From NCBI GenBank assembly GCA_016931965.1, contig JAFGDT010000086.1, forward strand, positions 129,142 to 193,141: DNA of 64,000 nt. Reading direction: 5' to 3'. Source of the DNA: a bacterium (GTDB lineage Bacteria > Zhuqueibacterota > QNDG01 > DSAB01). The translations under genes were made by a program, and so were the position numbers. Position 1 is the stretch's first letter, and every line of letters starts with the position of its first letter. Positions 9,564 through 19,931 of this stretch are shown here, in pieces. The notes below the pieces were generated by a model. It did no database searches. It was not told the origin of the DNA and saw only the letters and a list, made by a program, of their open reading frames with translations.

Positions 9564-11543
9564 ATGAACAAAAAAAAAATACAAACGATCTCAGATAAAA
9601 AACGGCAGGACGGTTCCAAGCATCCCCAAATCGTCTTGGTGGGTCAGCCCAATTGTGGAAAGAGCACACTTTTCAACGAAGTCGCGGGTTATCGGGCTGT
9701 GACATCGAATTTCCCTGGTGTTACAGTAACTTATACCAGAAGCCATATCCGTATTGGCGACCGTGTTTACAACATCATTGATCTCCCGGGTATCTACTCT
9801 TTGACGTCTCTCGACCAGGCGGATCTGGAGACCCAACGTTATCTACTTTCGGAACGCGTCGATGTGATCATCAACGTAATCGATGCATCGATCATGAGCC
9901 GCAGTCTTGAACTGACACTGCAGCTTCTTGAACTCGAAATTCCCATGGTCCTCTGTTTAAACATGATCGACGAAGCAAAGAGAAAAGGCATTGAAATCAA
10001 CACAGAAAAGTTATCCGACAAACTGGGGATCCCGATTGTCAAGACAGTGGCTTCAAAAGGAAAGGGTGTGAAATCCCTTTTTGAAGAAGTGCTCAAAATG
10101 GTTTATTTCGGTAAAAAGGGAAAACACATCCGCGGAAACCGCGATGTGGAACTGGTCATCGCCCGTCTGAAAAGGATCTTGACCCAGAATCTGAACAATG
10201 AAATTCCCTTCTCAAAACATCTGTTGGCAACAAAGCTCTTAGAACATGATCGTTTTTTTGAAAATAAAGTCAAGCAGATCCGTCCGGAGCTCATGGAAAA
10301 AATATCCGCTTGCAGACGGGAATTGGCAATCAGCCACGGGCGTTCATCCGATGAAGTGATCAATGCGGAAAGGCATGCGCTCTCCATGTCCATCGTCGAG
10401 CAGACCTGCACTGTCAAAAAACCGCAATTGCACTGGCGGGACCGCATTGATGAAATCCTGATGCACAATATCTGGGGATACCTCTTTTTGGTGATCATTT
10501 TCATCCTCTTTTTTAATCTCATTTTCAGAGTGGGTTCACTCATAGAAACTCCGATGGTTGCATTTTTTGAGAGGGCAGCTCAATCGATCAACACACAATT
10601 GAATCCAGAATTGTTGTACACAGTGATTTTAACGAAAATATTTGAAGGAATCGGCGGCGGTATCGCCATTGTTTTGCCCTATCTTTTCCCTTTTCTGATG
10701 GGATTGGCCTTTTTCGAGGATATCGGATACCTTCCCCGCGTAGCCTTCCTGATGGACACATTCATGCACCGAATCGGACTTCACGGTAAAGCCGTGATCC
10801 CCGCTGTTCTGGGTTATGGATGCAATGTGCCGGCCGTCATGGGCACGCGTATTTTGGAATCGCCGAGGGATCGGTTTATTTCCGCCTTCATCGCCACCAT
10901 GATTCCCTGTGCAGCAAGGATGACGATCATTATGGGTCTTGTCGGCTACTACCTCGGTGGAAACTGGGCTTTAATGATCTATCTTTTAAACCTGATCGTT
11001 GTAGCGCTGTCGGGAACATGGCTCTCCCGAATTCTCCCGGAGGTGACACCGGGTATGGTTCTGGAAATACCGGTTTACCAGATGCCCCGCCTGAAAATCA
11101 TGCTTCGGAAAACCTGGCTTCGTTTAAAGGACTTTATTATCATTGCCTGGCCTCTGTTGATTGCAGGCAGCGCGATCCTGGGATTAATTGATCACTACCA
11201 GCTCACAGACAAAGTCAACCACATGCTTTCGCCCGTTACGGTGATCTTGGGATTGCCGGCAGAAGTCGGCACCACACTGATATTCGGTGTACTTAAAAAA
11301 GAGCTTTCCATGTTGATGCTCTTTCAGGCATTGGGTACAACCGAAATTCTCACGGTGATGAGCAAAACACAGATATTGGTGTTTACCATATTTGTCGTTT
11401 TCTATATCCCCTGTGTGGCCACGATAGGCGTACTTTACAGACAGCTTCGTGGGAAGCGCACGCTCTTCATCGTCGGATTTACATTCATACTGGCCCTGAT
11501 ACTGGGTCTGTTGACAAGAGGATTGGGTGAATTGATCTTTTAG
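9564..11543 (+). CDS. feoB: Ferrous iron transport protein B
   Basis: N-terminal G-domain (IVLVGQPNCGKSTLFN, DLPG), then the gate and polytopic membrane domain. Confidence 0.9.
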   Translation: MNKKKIQTISDKKRQDGSKHPQIVLVGQPNCGKSTLFNEVAGYRAVTSNFPGVTVTYTRSHIRIGDRVYNIIDLPGIYSLTSLDQADLETQRYLLSERVDVIINVIDASIMSRSLELTLQLLELEIPMVLCLNMIDEAKRKGIEINTEKLSDKLGIPIVKTVASKGKGVKSLFEEVLKMVYFGKKGKHIRGNRDVELVIARLKRILTQNLNNEIPFSKHLLATKLLEHDRFFENKVKQIRPELMEKISACRRELAISHGRSSDEVINAERHALSMSIVEQTCTVKKPQLHWRDRIDEILMHNIWGYLFLVIIFILFFNLIFRVGSLIETPMVAFFERAAQSINTQLNPELLYTVILTKIFEGIGGGIAIVLPYLFPFLMGLAFFEDIGYLPRVAFLMDTFMHRIGLHGKAVIPAVLGYGCNVPAVMGTRILESPRDRFISAFIATMIPCAARMTIIMGLVGYYLGGNWALMIYLLNLIVVALSGTWLSRILPEVTPGMVLEIPVYQMPRLKIMLRKTWLRLKDFIIIAWPLLIAGSAILGLIDHYQLTDKVNHMLSPVTVILGLPAEVGTTLIFGVLKKELSMLMLFQALGTTEILTVMSKTQILVFTIFVVFYIPCVATIGVLYRQLRGKRTLFIVGFTFILALILGLLTRGLGELIF

Positions 11544-11554
11544 GGGGGCAAAAC

Positions 11555-12562
11555 ATGAAAGAAGCTAGACTTTATCATAACCTGAAAGACAACAAAATTC
11601 AATGTGACACATGCGCACATCACTGTAGGTTAACGATAGGGCAGCGAGGGATTTGCGGCGTAATGGAAAACAGAGATGGCGTACTGATCAGTCTGGTCTA
11701 CGGGAAAACCATAGCCTGTCATGTAGATCCGATTGAGAAAAAACCGCTCTTCCATTTTTATCCTGGCACACGGTCCCTCTCCATGGCGACCGTTGGCTGC
11801 AACATGCACTGTCTGAACTGCCAGAATGCGGATATTTCTCAGATGCCGAGGGATCACAACCGGATACAGGGTCAGGACTTGCCCCCCGAGCTTCTTGTCC
11901 AATCTGCAATCGACCGTCGCTGCAGAACGATTGCCTACACCTACACGGAACCCGTCATTTTCTGGGACTATGCTTACGACACGGCGCAGTTGGCTCACGA
12001 AAAGGGGATCAGGAACATCTTCGTCACAAATGGATACTTTTCTGAAGAATCATTGAAAGCAATTTCACCCTATCTCGATGGGGCCAATGTGGACCTGAAA
12101 TTTATGAATGATAAAAATTATCGGTCCATCTGCGGAGCCAAATTACAGCCGGTACTGGATACGATCCGTTCCATGAAAGCACTACATATCTGGGTTGAAG
12201 TCACAACCTTGCTCATTCCTGGATTGAACGATTCCCAGGATGAATTGACCGATCTGGCCCGTTTCATTCACGACTGTGATCCCGGAATCCCCTGGCATAT
12301 CAGCCGGTTTCATCCAACCTATAAAATGATGGATCGTCCGCCCACTCCCATCGTTTCCATTCAAAAAGCCCGCCAAATCGGTCTGGATGTGGGACTCAAA
12401 TATGTCTACACAGGCAATGTCCCCGGCGAAGAAGGCGAGTCCACTTTTTGTCATCATTGTGGCGCCCGGCTGATTCATCGCTGGGGATTCGAGGTAACGG
12501 CCAACCGGCTGGTGGATGGAAAATGTCCTGAATGTAGTATGACAATCGACGGTGTATGGTGA
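11555..12562 (+). CDS. AmmeMemoRadiSam-system radical SAM enzyme (PFL-activase-like)
   Basis: N-terminal Cys motif (CDTCAHHC ... GICGVMEN), the radical SAM CNMHCLNCQN motif and typical length/architecture. Confidence 0.75.
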   Translation: MKEARLYHNLKDNKIQCDTCAHHCRLTIGQRGICGVMENRDGVLISLVYGKTIACHVDPIEKKPLFHFYPGTRSLSMATVGCNMHCLNCQNADISQMPRDHNRIQGQDLPPELLVQSAIDRRCRTIAYTYTEPVIFWDYAYDTAQLAHEKGIRNIFVTNGYFSEESLKAISPYLDGANVDLKFMNDKNYRSICGAKLQPVLDTIRSMKALHIWVEVTTLLIPGLNDSQDELTDLARFIHDCDPGIPWHISRFHPTYKMMDRPPTPIVSIQKARQIGLDVGLKYVYTGNVPGEEGESTFCHHCGARLIHRWGFEVTANRLVDGKCPECSMTIDGVW

Positions 12563-12667
12563 TTTGCTTAATGATAATCAATACTGTTGAACGATACAGC
12601 AGGAGAATGCTCACTCAATTTTGATTGATGAAACCCATTTTCACGCGATTTAAACGAGGGAAAGACC

Positions 12668-13876
12668 ATGGTTGAGCCAAAAATGTTTTACAGGGAGCTG
12701 GATTCCATACTGGCAAAGATTGGAAGAGAAAAATCGGATAAAAACTTTTTCGAAACGATCTTAAATGAATTGGAGCAGAAATTTGGGGCGGTTCTGAATA
12801 TCGCAAACGGTTATATATACGAACAGAGAGGTGACGAGTTCATTTTGGTCCATACGCTGAATAAAAAAAGCGGAGATTGTCTGACCAAAAGGATACCTCG
12901 AAATGCAGAATCGATTGAACAAATAAGAAAGAGCGGAAGGATTATTTTCAGTGAACCTGAATTGGGTAAAGATTTTGGTAAAAACGCCTGCAAGGGCGAT
13001 TTGACGCTGGCGGCTATATCGGTTCACAATCCGGCAAGGCAGTGGATCTTTGTTTTCCAATTGAAAAAAGGCTGGCTTCAGGAAGAAGTCACACTCTTTC
13101 TCAATGCGATGCGAACCGCCTTAAATTACCGGCTTTTTTCGGAAATGATGCGGAGTGATCTCAAAAGGGCTGAACAGATCCAGAAGAGTTTGCTGCCCCA
13201 GGAAGTACCGAAAGTCAAGGGATACGAAATGTATGGGTATTCCCAGCCCGCCGAAATTGTCGGAGGGGATTTTTACGACTATTTTCAATTTGATGAAGAG
13301 GATTTCGGCGCCAGCATCGGTGACGCAAGCGGACATGGCCTGCCGGCCGCTCTGCTTGTCCGGGACGTGGTCATCGGCCTGCGAATGGGTTTGGCCAGAG
13401 AAATGCGGCTGGTTCACACCATTCGAAAACTCAATCAGGTGATTCAGCGATCAACCTATGCGACCAATTTTGTATCGCTTTTTATCGGAGAAGTCGAAAG
13501 CGACGGCCATTTTTTCTTTGTGAATGCAGGACATCCTCCACCCTTTTTAATTGCGGGGAATGATATTTACGATCTGAAGGCAACAGGCCTGACACTCGGA
13601 TTCATGCCCGAAATTGAACTGACCCGCTCCTATATTTTCATGAAACCCGGCTCGGTTTTGACGCTGTACAGCGACGGCATTGCCGAACGACAGGACAAAT
13701 TTGAAGAGCAGTTCGGCATGGACAAATTCAAAAAGCTCGTGAGTGAAAATCAGGACAAGTCAGCCAAAGACATTGTCAATATCATATTCAATGCGGTCTA
13801 CGATTTCGGAGGCAGAACAAGCTGGGAAGATGATGCGACCGTGATTGTGATCAAAAGGCTGGCAGACAACAAATAA
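12668..13876 (+). CDS. GAF-like sensor domain fused to a PP2C/SpoIIE-family Ser/Thr phosphatase (RsbU-like)
   Basis: PP2C motifs GGDFYDY, GDASGHG and VNAGHPPP with an N-terminal sensor region. Confidence 0.75.
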   Translation: MVEPKMFYRELDSILAKIGREKSDKNFFETILNELEQKFGAVLNIANGYIYEQRGDEFILVHTLNKKSGDCLTKRIPRNAESIEQIRKSGRIIFSEPELGKDFGKNACKGDLTLAAISVHNPARQWIFVFQLKKGWLQEEVTLFLNAMRTALNYRLFSEMMRSDLKRAEQIQKSLLPQEVPKVKGYEMYGYSQPAEIVGGDFYDYFQFDEEDFGASIGDASGHGLPAALLVRDVVIGLRMGLAREMRLVHTIRKLNQVIQRSTYATNFVSLFIGEVESDGHFFFVNAGHPPPFLIAGNDIYDLKATGLTLGFMPEIELTRSYIFMKPGSVLTLYSDGIAERQDKFEEQFGMDKFKKLVSENQDKSAKDIVNIIFNAVYDFGGRTSWEDDATVIVIKRLADNK

Positions 13877-14051
13877 CACAACTCAGAAATATAAGCCGAC
13901 ATTCTGTAGGTCCTATATTTCCTGACACCTGTTTTTGTGAAAGGACTATCGGATAATGAAATGTCCGAAAGTCCCGTGAAAAAATCGGGACATTTCGGAC
14001 CTACGACTGAGAAACAAGATAAACTATAACAAGAATAGAGGATAAATATCA

Positions 14052-14837
14052 ATGCAGGTTATTGATCTCACTGAGAAACATAAAGAACTCTATTTTCAAT
14101 GCCTCGAAGACTGGTCTGAGGAGATGAAAGAGACCGGCGACCATAAAGCCTGCTGGTACGAAAAGATAAAGGATAAAGGACTGCGTGTCAAACTCGCCCT
14201 CGATGAAAAGGGAGAGGTGGGCGGCATGATTCAATACATTCCGGTTGAGTACGCGCCAATAGAGGGAACCGATCTCTATTTTGTGAATTGCATCTGGGTT
14301 CATGGGCACAAAAAGGGAAGAGGCAATTTCCAGAAAAAGGGCATGGGAAAAGCCCTCATCCGTGCAGCTGAAGAGGATGTGAAAACGAAAGGAGCCGAAG
14401 GACTGGCCGCCTGGGGTCTTGCTTTGCCCATCTGGATGAAAGCCTCCTGGTTTAAAAAACAGGGATACCGAAAAGTGGATCGTCAGGGAATTCAGGTGCT
14501 CCTTTGGAAACCTTTCATGCAGGATGCCATTCCGCCAAAATGGATCCGACAGAAGAAAAAACCTGAAAAACAGAAGGGCAAAGTGGTTGTGACCGCTCTT
14601 CTCAATGGCTGGTGTTCGGCACAAAATATCATCTTTGAAAGAGCAAAACGGGCGGCTGCGGAATTAGGCGACCGTGTTGTTTTTCAGGAAATCAATACAT
14701 TCAACAGAGATACATTCCTGGAATGGGGCATCAGCGACGCTCTCTTTATCGATGACAAACAAATGACAAGCGGCCCCCCTCCTTCCTATAAAAAAATAAA
14801 AAAACGCATTGCCAAAAGAATGAAAAAAATTTCTTAG
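14052..14837 (+). CDS. GNAT family acetyltransferase with a C-terminal thioredoxin/glutaredoxin-like domain
   Basis: GNAT core (VHGHKKGRGNFQKKGMGKALI); a C-terminal VVVTALLNGWCSAQ redox-fold-like segment; a Lys-rich tail. Confidence 0.5.
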   Translation: MQVIDLTEKHKELYFQCLEDWSEEMKETGDHKACWYEKIKDKGLRVKLALDEKGEVGGMIQYIPVEYAPIEGTDLYFVNCIWVHGHKKGRGNFQKKGMGKALIRAAEEDVKTKGAEGLAAWGLALPIWMKASWFKKQGYRKVDRQGIQVLLWKPFMQDAIPPKWIRQKKKPEKQKGKVVVTALLNGWCSAQNIIFERAKRAAAELGDRVVFQEINTFNRDTFLEWGISDALFIDDKQMTSGPPPSYKKIKKRIAKRMKKIS

Positions 14838-14845
14838 CGAATCGA

Positions 14846-15673
14846 ATGCAAAATAGACTGATTATTTCGGAAGTATCGTGTCAATCAATCATCAACCGCT
14901 CACGCATTCCAGGCCTGGACTACACGATCAATCCCTACACAGGCTGTCAGCACGGTTGTATCTACTGTTATGCGCGGTTTATGATCAAATACACACACCA
15001 TCAAACTGAATGGGGCAGCTTCATCGATGTGAAGATAAATGGCCCTGAAGTCTTGAAAAAACAGCTCACGAAACTGTCGAGAGGTCTGGTTTCCCTCAGC
15101 ACGGTGACCGATCCGTATCAGGCTTCAGAGAATAGGTATCAAATCACCCGAAAAATTCTGATCGAACTGCTGAAACATCGGTTTCCCGTTTCAATACTCA
15201 CGAAATCCAATCTTGTGTTGAGGGATATCGATGTACTAAAACAATTTGATCAAAATGCGTGTGAAGTGGGTTTCAGCATAAACACTTTGGATGAAAATAT
15301 TCGCAACCATTTCGAACCGCATGCCCCTTCCATCCAGAAACGAATCGAGTCGCTCAAAATACTCCACAAGGAGGGGATCAAGACCTGGGTCTTCCTAGCG
15401 CCGATTCTGCCTGTCCTGACCACGAATTCATTGAATCCCCTGCTCGATGAAATTAAAAACAACGTCGATTATGTGCTTGTCGATAGATTGAATATCAAAT
15501 GTGGAAACTGGAACCGTATCGCAAAAGTGATAACGAAGGAATACCCTTCTCTTTTCCCTATATGGCAAAAGAATTGTTTCTCAAAAGAAAAACAGAATGC
15601 ATGTTATCATGACATCCGTAAAAAGATTGACGACTACTGTCGTCGTAACAATTGGAGAGTGCAATTCTGTTGA
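14846..15673 (+). CDS. Radical SAM protein of the SplB / DNA-photolyase-like (COG1533) family
   Basis: NPYTGCQHGCIYCYAR motif and the TIM-barrel radical SAM core. Confidence 0.65.
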   Translation: MQNRLIISEVSCQSIINRSRIPGLDYTINPYTGCQHGCIYCYARFMIKYTHHQTEWGSFIDVKINGPEVLKKQLTKLSRGLVSLSTVTDPYQASENRYQITRKILIELLKHRFPVSILTKSNLVLRDIDVLKQFDQNACEVGFSINTLDENIRNHFEPHAPSIQKRIESLKILHKEGIKTWVFLAPILPVLTTNSLNPLLDEIKNNVDYVLVDRLNIKCGNWNRIAKVITKEYPSLFPIWQKNCFSKEKQNACYHDIRKKIDDYCRRNNWRVQFC

Positions 15674-15786
15674 TACATAAAATAAAATCATGTTTGAAAA
15701 TAAAATGAACTTTATCCGAAATAAAAAGTTAAATCTTTATTAAAATTAGAAAAAGTCTTTATAAAAAAATCGAGAAGGAGGAATCC

Positions 15787-16221
15787 ATGTCCATTTTCAT
15801 TTGTCGTGTGTGCGGTCATATCGAATTTGGAGTAGCCCCCGAACGCTGTCCGGTCTGTGGAGCGTCCAAGAAGAGTTTCGATCAGAAAGACAGTATTTTT
15901 ATCGAATCGGAAGAAAAGAGCAAAGAGGCGGCCGTGAAACACATCCCTGCGATCACAGTGAACAAGGAATGCGGTTTGATTCCTGGCCAGGGCTGTGTTG
16001 ACGTCATTGTCCGCATTGGTGAAACACTGCATCCCATGGAAGCCGCTCACTTCATTCAATGGATTGACTGCTATGTGGATGATCACTATGTGTCGAGGGT
16101 TTATCTGACGCCGGGCGTTTACGCGGCAGGCTGTTTTCACCTGAAAACAACCGGCTCCAAAGTAAGGATTGTAGAAAACTGCAACATACACGGTTACTGG
16201 CAGGCCGAAGCCAATTTATAG
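15787..16221 (+). CDS. Desulfoferrodoxin-type superoxide reductase (rubredoxin-like N-domain plus SOR domain)
   Basis: N-terminal CxxC...CxxC metal site. The SOR signatures VKHIP (EKHVP-like) and CNIHGYW (CN[LI]HG[LY]W Cys/His ligands) are present. Confidence 0.7.
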   Translation: MSIFICRVCGHIEFGVAPERCPVCGASKKSFDQKDSIFIESEEKSKEAAVKHIPAITVNKECGLIPGQGCVDVIVRIGETLHPMEAAHFIQWIDCYVDDHYVSRVYLTPGVYAAGCFHLKTTGSKVRIVENCNIHGYWQAEANL

Positions 16222-16374
16222 TAGATCATTCTTTAAGAGGAAGACAAATTCCCGAAATCTACTTTCAGTAGATTTCGGGATGATGACCTTCTAAAAACCT
16301 TCATACATGTATGATATCCTGTCCTGTTTACATTTTTTTGATCTTGGTAATCCTGGAATCCCATAAATCCCGGT

Positions 16375-16923
16375 TCAGACACCCTCACCTTTCTTCCTCT
16401 GTACCTTATACCGCTCCCGAATTTTTAAAAACACTGCATTATACATCCCCTTTTTGAAATCGGGAAAACTCCAGGGATATGGATCATACTTCCCTTTCTC
16501 ATAATGAAGTGTCAGATCCGCCCAGATTCCGTGATCAAGATAGATTTTTTGTCCGTTGTACTTGGCTGAAGCCAGAACCACCTTGTCATAATCTAAATAA
16601 CCCGAATCCAGATTGACTTTCCTTTTGCCCCGAATGGACAATTGTCCCTCAATGGCATTGGTCTCGAGTTTGATCCGGGCAATATCTTTGGGATGAATCA
16701 GACGGTCAAACGAAATGAACAATCGAAATATCGGAGATCCCATCTCCGGTTCATAATAATCCGTAATGGTAAACTCAAAAGTCCGACTCTTGAAGTCAAT
16801 TTTTCCATATTGTTTCTCAAGCAGATTCAATGCCTTTTGAAGAAGCTCCTCATCGCTGTAGAGAATGCCGACAAACAATTTAACACAATCGGGTTTTTTA
16901 GGTTGCATTACATCGGTCTCCAT
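16375..16923 (-). CDS. Conserved hypothetical protein (DUF4416-like)
   Basis: 182-aa soluble protein with no catalytic motif recognised. It overlaps the upstream NAT-like gene by 16 nt. Confidence 0.4.
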   Translation of the reverse strand: METDVMQPKKPDCVKLFVGILYSDEELLQKALNLLEKQYGKIDFKSRTFEFTITDYYEPEMGSPIFRLFISFDRLIHPKDIARIKLETNAIEGQLSIRGKRKVNLDSGYLDYDKVVLASAKYNGQKIYLDHGIWADLTLHYEKGKYDPYPWSFPDFKKGMYNAVFLKIRERYKVQRKKGEGV

Positions 16924-17783
16924 TCCTTATTCGGTACCCAGATGCCCATCTCTCTCTCCCTCGCCATATTCGACTCGATTGCCGCCAAGGCCTCCTCCAC
17001 AAGCTGTGAATCGATTCCAAAAATCTGAGAAATGGTCGCATGATAGTGGTCCTTGATATTGACATTTTTCTTTCTCTCGAAATCGGTCTCCCGCATAAAT
17101 GTCTTGTGAATATAGATCATGCGACTTTTCTCAATCTTGGTCAAGCAGAGTCCATGCATCGAATTCCAGGAGAATGAATCGAGCCAGTATGTGAGAAAAT
17201 CTTTGTCCGATACGGGCTTATCTTGGAAGCGATACCGCCACTTTCTCTCAGTCTGATCAAACGTGAACAGCTCGTATGTCTCACCCTCTTGCCGAAAATC
17301 CACCTCCACACCTGAAAAGGGTGTCTTATAAAGCCTGTTCTGATCTTTACTGATCTCTAAAGGCTGATTCAGCAGGTAACCCGGATCAACCAGATATTTC
17401 TTTCGATTCATGATAACCAAAAGGGCACAGTGGACACGTTTCCCCCATCGCATATCGGCCATGACGGGATAACAAGCGAATCCGAAATCAATCAGAATTG
17501 TCTGAAGAAAAAAAGTCAGAGAAAAACAGGTGCCTCCAAGACGATGGCTGACATGGTTGTCCATCACCTCATAGGGAAGTCTGATTTTGACTGGCCCATC
17601 AAAGTGTTTCTGGTATTTGATGATCTTGCTGATATTTTCATAAGGGAATTGAGAAAAATAAGAAAGAATCTCTTCCAAGAGATCCGTTTCGGACAGACCC
17701 TTTCCGAGAGAGAAATGGTGTTTGAAATAATCGACGGCTTCCCGATGAGATGACGGATTCAGTATGATGGCGGATGAATGCAT
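16908..17783 (-). CDS. Arylamine N-acetyltransferase-like protein (Cys-His-Asp transglutaminase-fold)
   Basis: RLGGTCFSL (catalytic Cys), HCALLV (His) and LVDPGY (Asp) in NAT-family order. Confidence 0.5.
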   Translation of the reverse strand: MHSSAIILNPSSHREAVDYFKHHFSLGKGLSETDLLEEILSYFSQFPYENISKIIKYQKHFDGPVKIRLPYEVMDNHVSHRLGGTCFSLTFFLQTILIDFGFACYPVMADMRWGKRVHCALLVIMNRKKYLVDPGYLLNQPLEISKDQNRLYKTPFSGVEVDFRQEGETYELFTFDQTERKWRYRFQDKPVSDKDFLTYWLDSFSWNSMHGLCLTKIEKSRMIYIHKTFMRETDFERKKNVNIKDHYHATISQIFGIDSQLVEEALAAIESNMAREREMGIWVPNKEWRPM

Positions 17784-18022
17784 GATGATCGTATAAAAAA
17801 TGATTTCATAAATCCAAATAATTTGTGATCCTCTAAAAATTAAATCAACAGAGCCTAAAAATCAACCTGAATTTAAAAGGGAGATATGAATTCTTGAATA
17901 TACTGATGTACAATCCTGTAACAAAGAACATCTAAAATGTATCTTAGAATGCAGGCGCATTTTTCCCGTTTTTGAATATTGGCCTGTTTTTTGCACAAGA
18001 TATTAAATAACTGTTTAATCAA

Positions 18023-18949
18023 ATGTTGAATGAAGTGATTGATAAATTTATGCCAAGAAAATCTTACATAATCGCAATAGGCAAACCGGAAAAAGATTCC
18101 TTTTTCAGTTTTGGATTGACACACACAAAACTGGCAATAGCCATCTTCATTCTCATTGGCAGTTTAACAACCATTTCATATTTATTATCGCAGTCGGTTC
18201 ACCGACTCTATACAAATTATAAACTGATCCATGTGAAAAATGAAAACAACCTCCTCAAACAATCCATTGCATCAATGGAAGTAAAGATCGATAATCTCAG
18301 TTCGACTCTGAATAATCTACAAGAAAGAAACAATCAAATTCGGATCACTGCTGGCCTATCCCTTCCAGACATAACATATGGTGTTGGAGGACCAGAATCA
18401 TCAATGATGACAAATCGAATCAATCCACCAGAACTTCAAAATGTAAAATTGAACCTTGAAAATCTCGAGAATCGTATCAATATGCTTCTCTACAGCACCA
18501 GAGATCTTGAAGAGACTATTTCTTCAAAAATTTTAGAGATCAGTCATTTCCCATCGATTCGACCGGTCAAAGGCGGTTGGTACTCTTCCGGTTTCGGCCA
18601 ACGAATCGACCCGTTTACTGGAGAAACGGAAGATCATCCAGGCCTCGATATTTCCATCAAACCCGAATCCGAAGTTTTTGCATCAGCGGCGGGAACGGTA
18701 AAAGCTGTGAATACGAAGGTCATCAAAAACAAGGGATATGGAAAATACATCCTCATCGACCATGGATATGGTTATGAAACGCTTTATGCGCATCTGTCAA
18801 AAATTTACGTCAACGAAGGTCAAAAGGTCAAAAGGGGGGACCTTATCGGACTGACGGGAAATACAGGAAAATCCACCGCTCCACATCTTCATTATGGCGT
18901 TTTCGTTAACGGTGAACCAAAGAATCCTTTCAATTTCATTTTAAATTAG
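18023..18949 (+). CDS. M23 family peptidoglycan metalloendopeptidase with an N-terminal coiled coil (EnvC/LytM-like)
   Basis: HPGLDI ... GYGKYILIDHGYGYETLYAHL ... GNTGKSTAPHLHY zinc-binding motifs. Confidence 0.8.
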   Translation: MLNEVIDKFMPRKSYIIAIGKPEKDSFFSFGLTHTKLAIAIFILIGSLTTISYLLSQSVHRLYTNYKLIHVKNENNLLKQSIASMEVKIDNLSSTLNNLQERNNQIRITAGLSLPDITYGVGGPESSMMTNRINPPELQNVKLNLENLENRINMLLYSTRDLEETISSKILEISHFPSIRPVKGGWYSSGFGQRIDPFTGETEDHPGLDISIKPESEVFASAAGTVKAVNTKVIKNKGYGKYILIDHGYGYETLYAHLSKIYVNEGQKVKRGDLIGLTGNTGKSTAPHLHYGVFVNGEPKNPFNFILN

Positions 18950-19603
18950 ACCGATACCATTATCTTTCATATTCGAATGATCCAACAATACATGTTGTAT
19001 CGGACAGCGTATGCATTCCTCATCCGATATTTGAATATAATGGGGAAAGATAAATTGATAAGAGCGAATTCCCAGTGTTTCGGCCGCACGAATGTTTTCA
19101 ATAGTATCGTCGATAAACACACAATCCTTTGCGCGGGCTCGGATTTTCTTCAGTGTGTAATGGAAAATTTTTATATCGGGTTTGATCATACCCACTCTGT
19201 AAGAATAGATAATATGATCAAAATAGTGAAAAAAGGGGAAATGTTTTTCAATATACTCCATATGCAAAACATTTGTATTGGATAGAAGCACGAGTTGATA
19301 TCTCGTTTTGAATTGAGGCAGTAAATCAATCATGGGTTGAATAGGAGAGAAGATCTGCTGCCAAACCTTTTCAAAAAATCCAAAAGAAAAATTTCCGCCC
19401 ATATCTCTTTTAACGCGCTCATAAAACATGTGACTATCGATGAATCCTTTCTCGTATTGGAGATAGTGATCAGAACGGATCAATATATTGAGTATGTCTT
19501 CAATGGACATCGAATGGAGTCGATCACAGATTTTCTGTAAGGATTGTTTCGTGTCAATTTGAATAAAAATGCCGCCCAAATCGAATATAATTGTTTTAAT
19601 CAC
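18941..19603 (-). CDS. HAD superfamily hydrolase
   Basis: Motif I (IIFDLGG) and motif III/IV (VFIDDTIENIRAAETLG). Confidence 0.7.
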   Translation of the reverse strand: MIKTIIFDLGGIFIQIDTKQSLQKICDRLHSMSIEDILNILIRSDHYLQYEKGFIDSHMFYERVKRDMGGNFSFGFFEKVWQQIFSPIQPMIDLLPQFKTRYQLVLLSNTNVLHMEYIEKHFPFFHYFDHIIYSYRVGMIKPDIKIFHYTLKKIRARAKDCVFIDDTIENIRAAETLGIRSYQFIFPHYIQISDEECIRCPIQHVLLDHSNMKDNGIGLI

Positions 19604-19759
19604 AAAAAAATGCCTCCTCCAAGAGACTCCAATTCGAATATCTCTTTATCCAAATCATGATTTTATTGTTAATAAAGATACAAATACGAATAAGATAAAA
19701 TCAAGCTGTTATTCTCAAAATCCAAGAAGACCTTTGTAGATGAAAGACCAAAACCATCC

Positions 19760-19815
19760 AACAAAAAACCCGACATTTTATTGGAATTGCCATCATTCCC
19801 ATCAAGTCGGGTTTC
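19760..19815 (-). terminator. Rho-independent terminator downstream of the MCP gene
   Basis: The minus strand has a 9-bp stem AACCCGAC/GTCGGGTT followed by TTTTTTGTTGG. Confidence 0.5.
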
Positions 19816-19931
19816 TGAATACAATAATGAGGAATAGAATCTTAGAATATGGATCTGGCTCTCAGTGGCATGGTAAACACTAACGAAGGTTGTTGACGAA
19901 ACGGCTCTCTAAACTGATGCAAAGATCCATT

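Noticed and set aside
16355-16380. Partial copy of the aatcctggttcagac repeat arm
   Set aside because: It is interrupted by aatcccataaatccc and overlaps the stop codon of the DUF4416 gene, so it is probably coincidental similarity.
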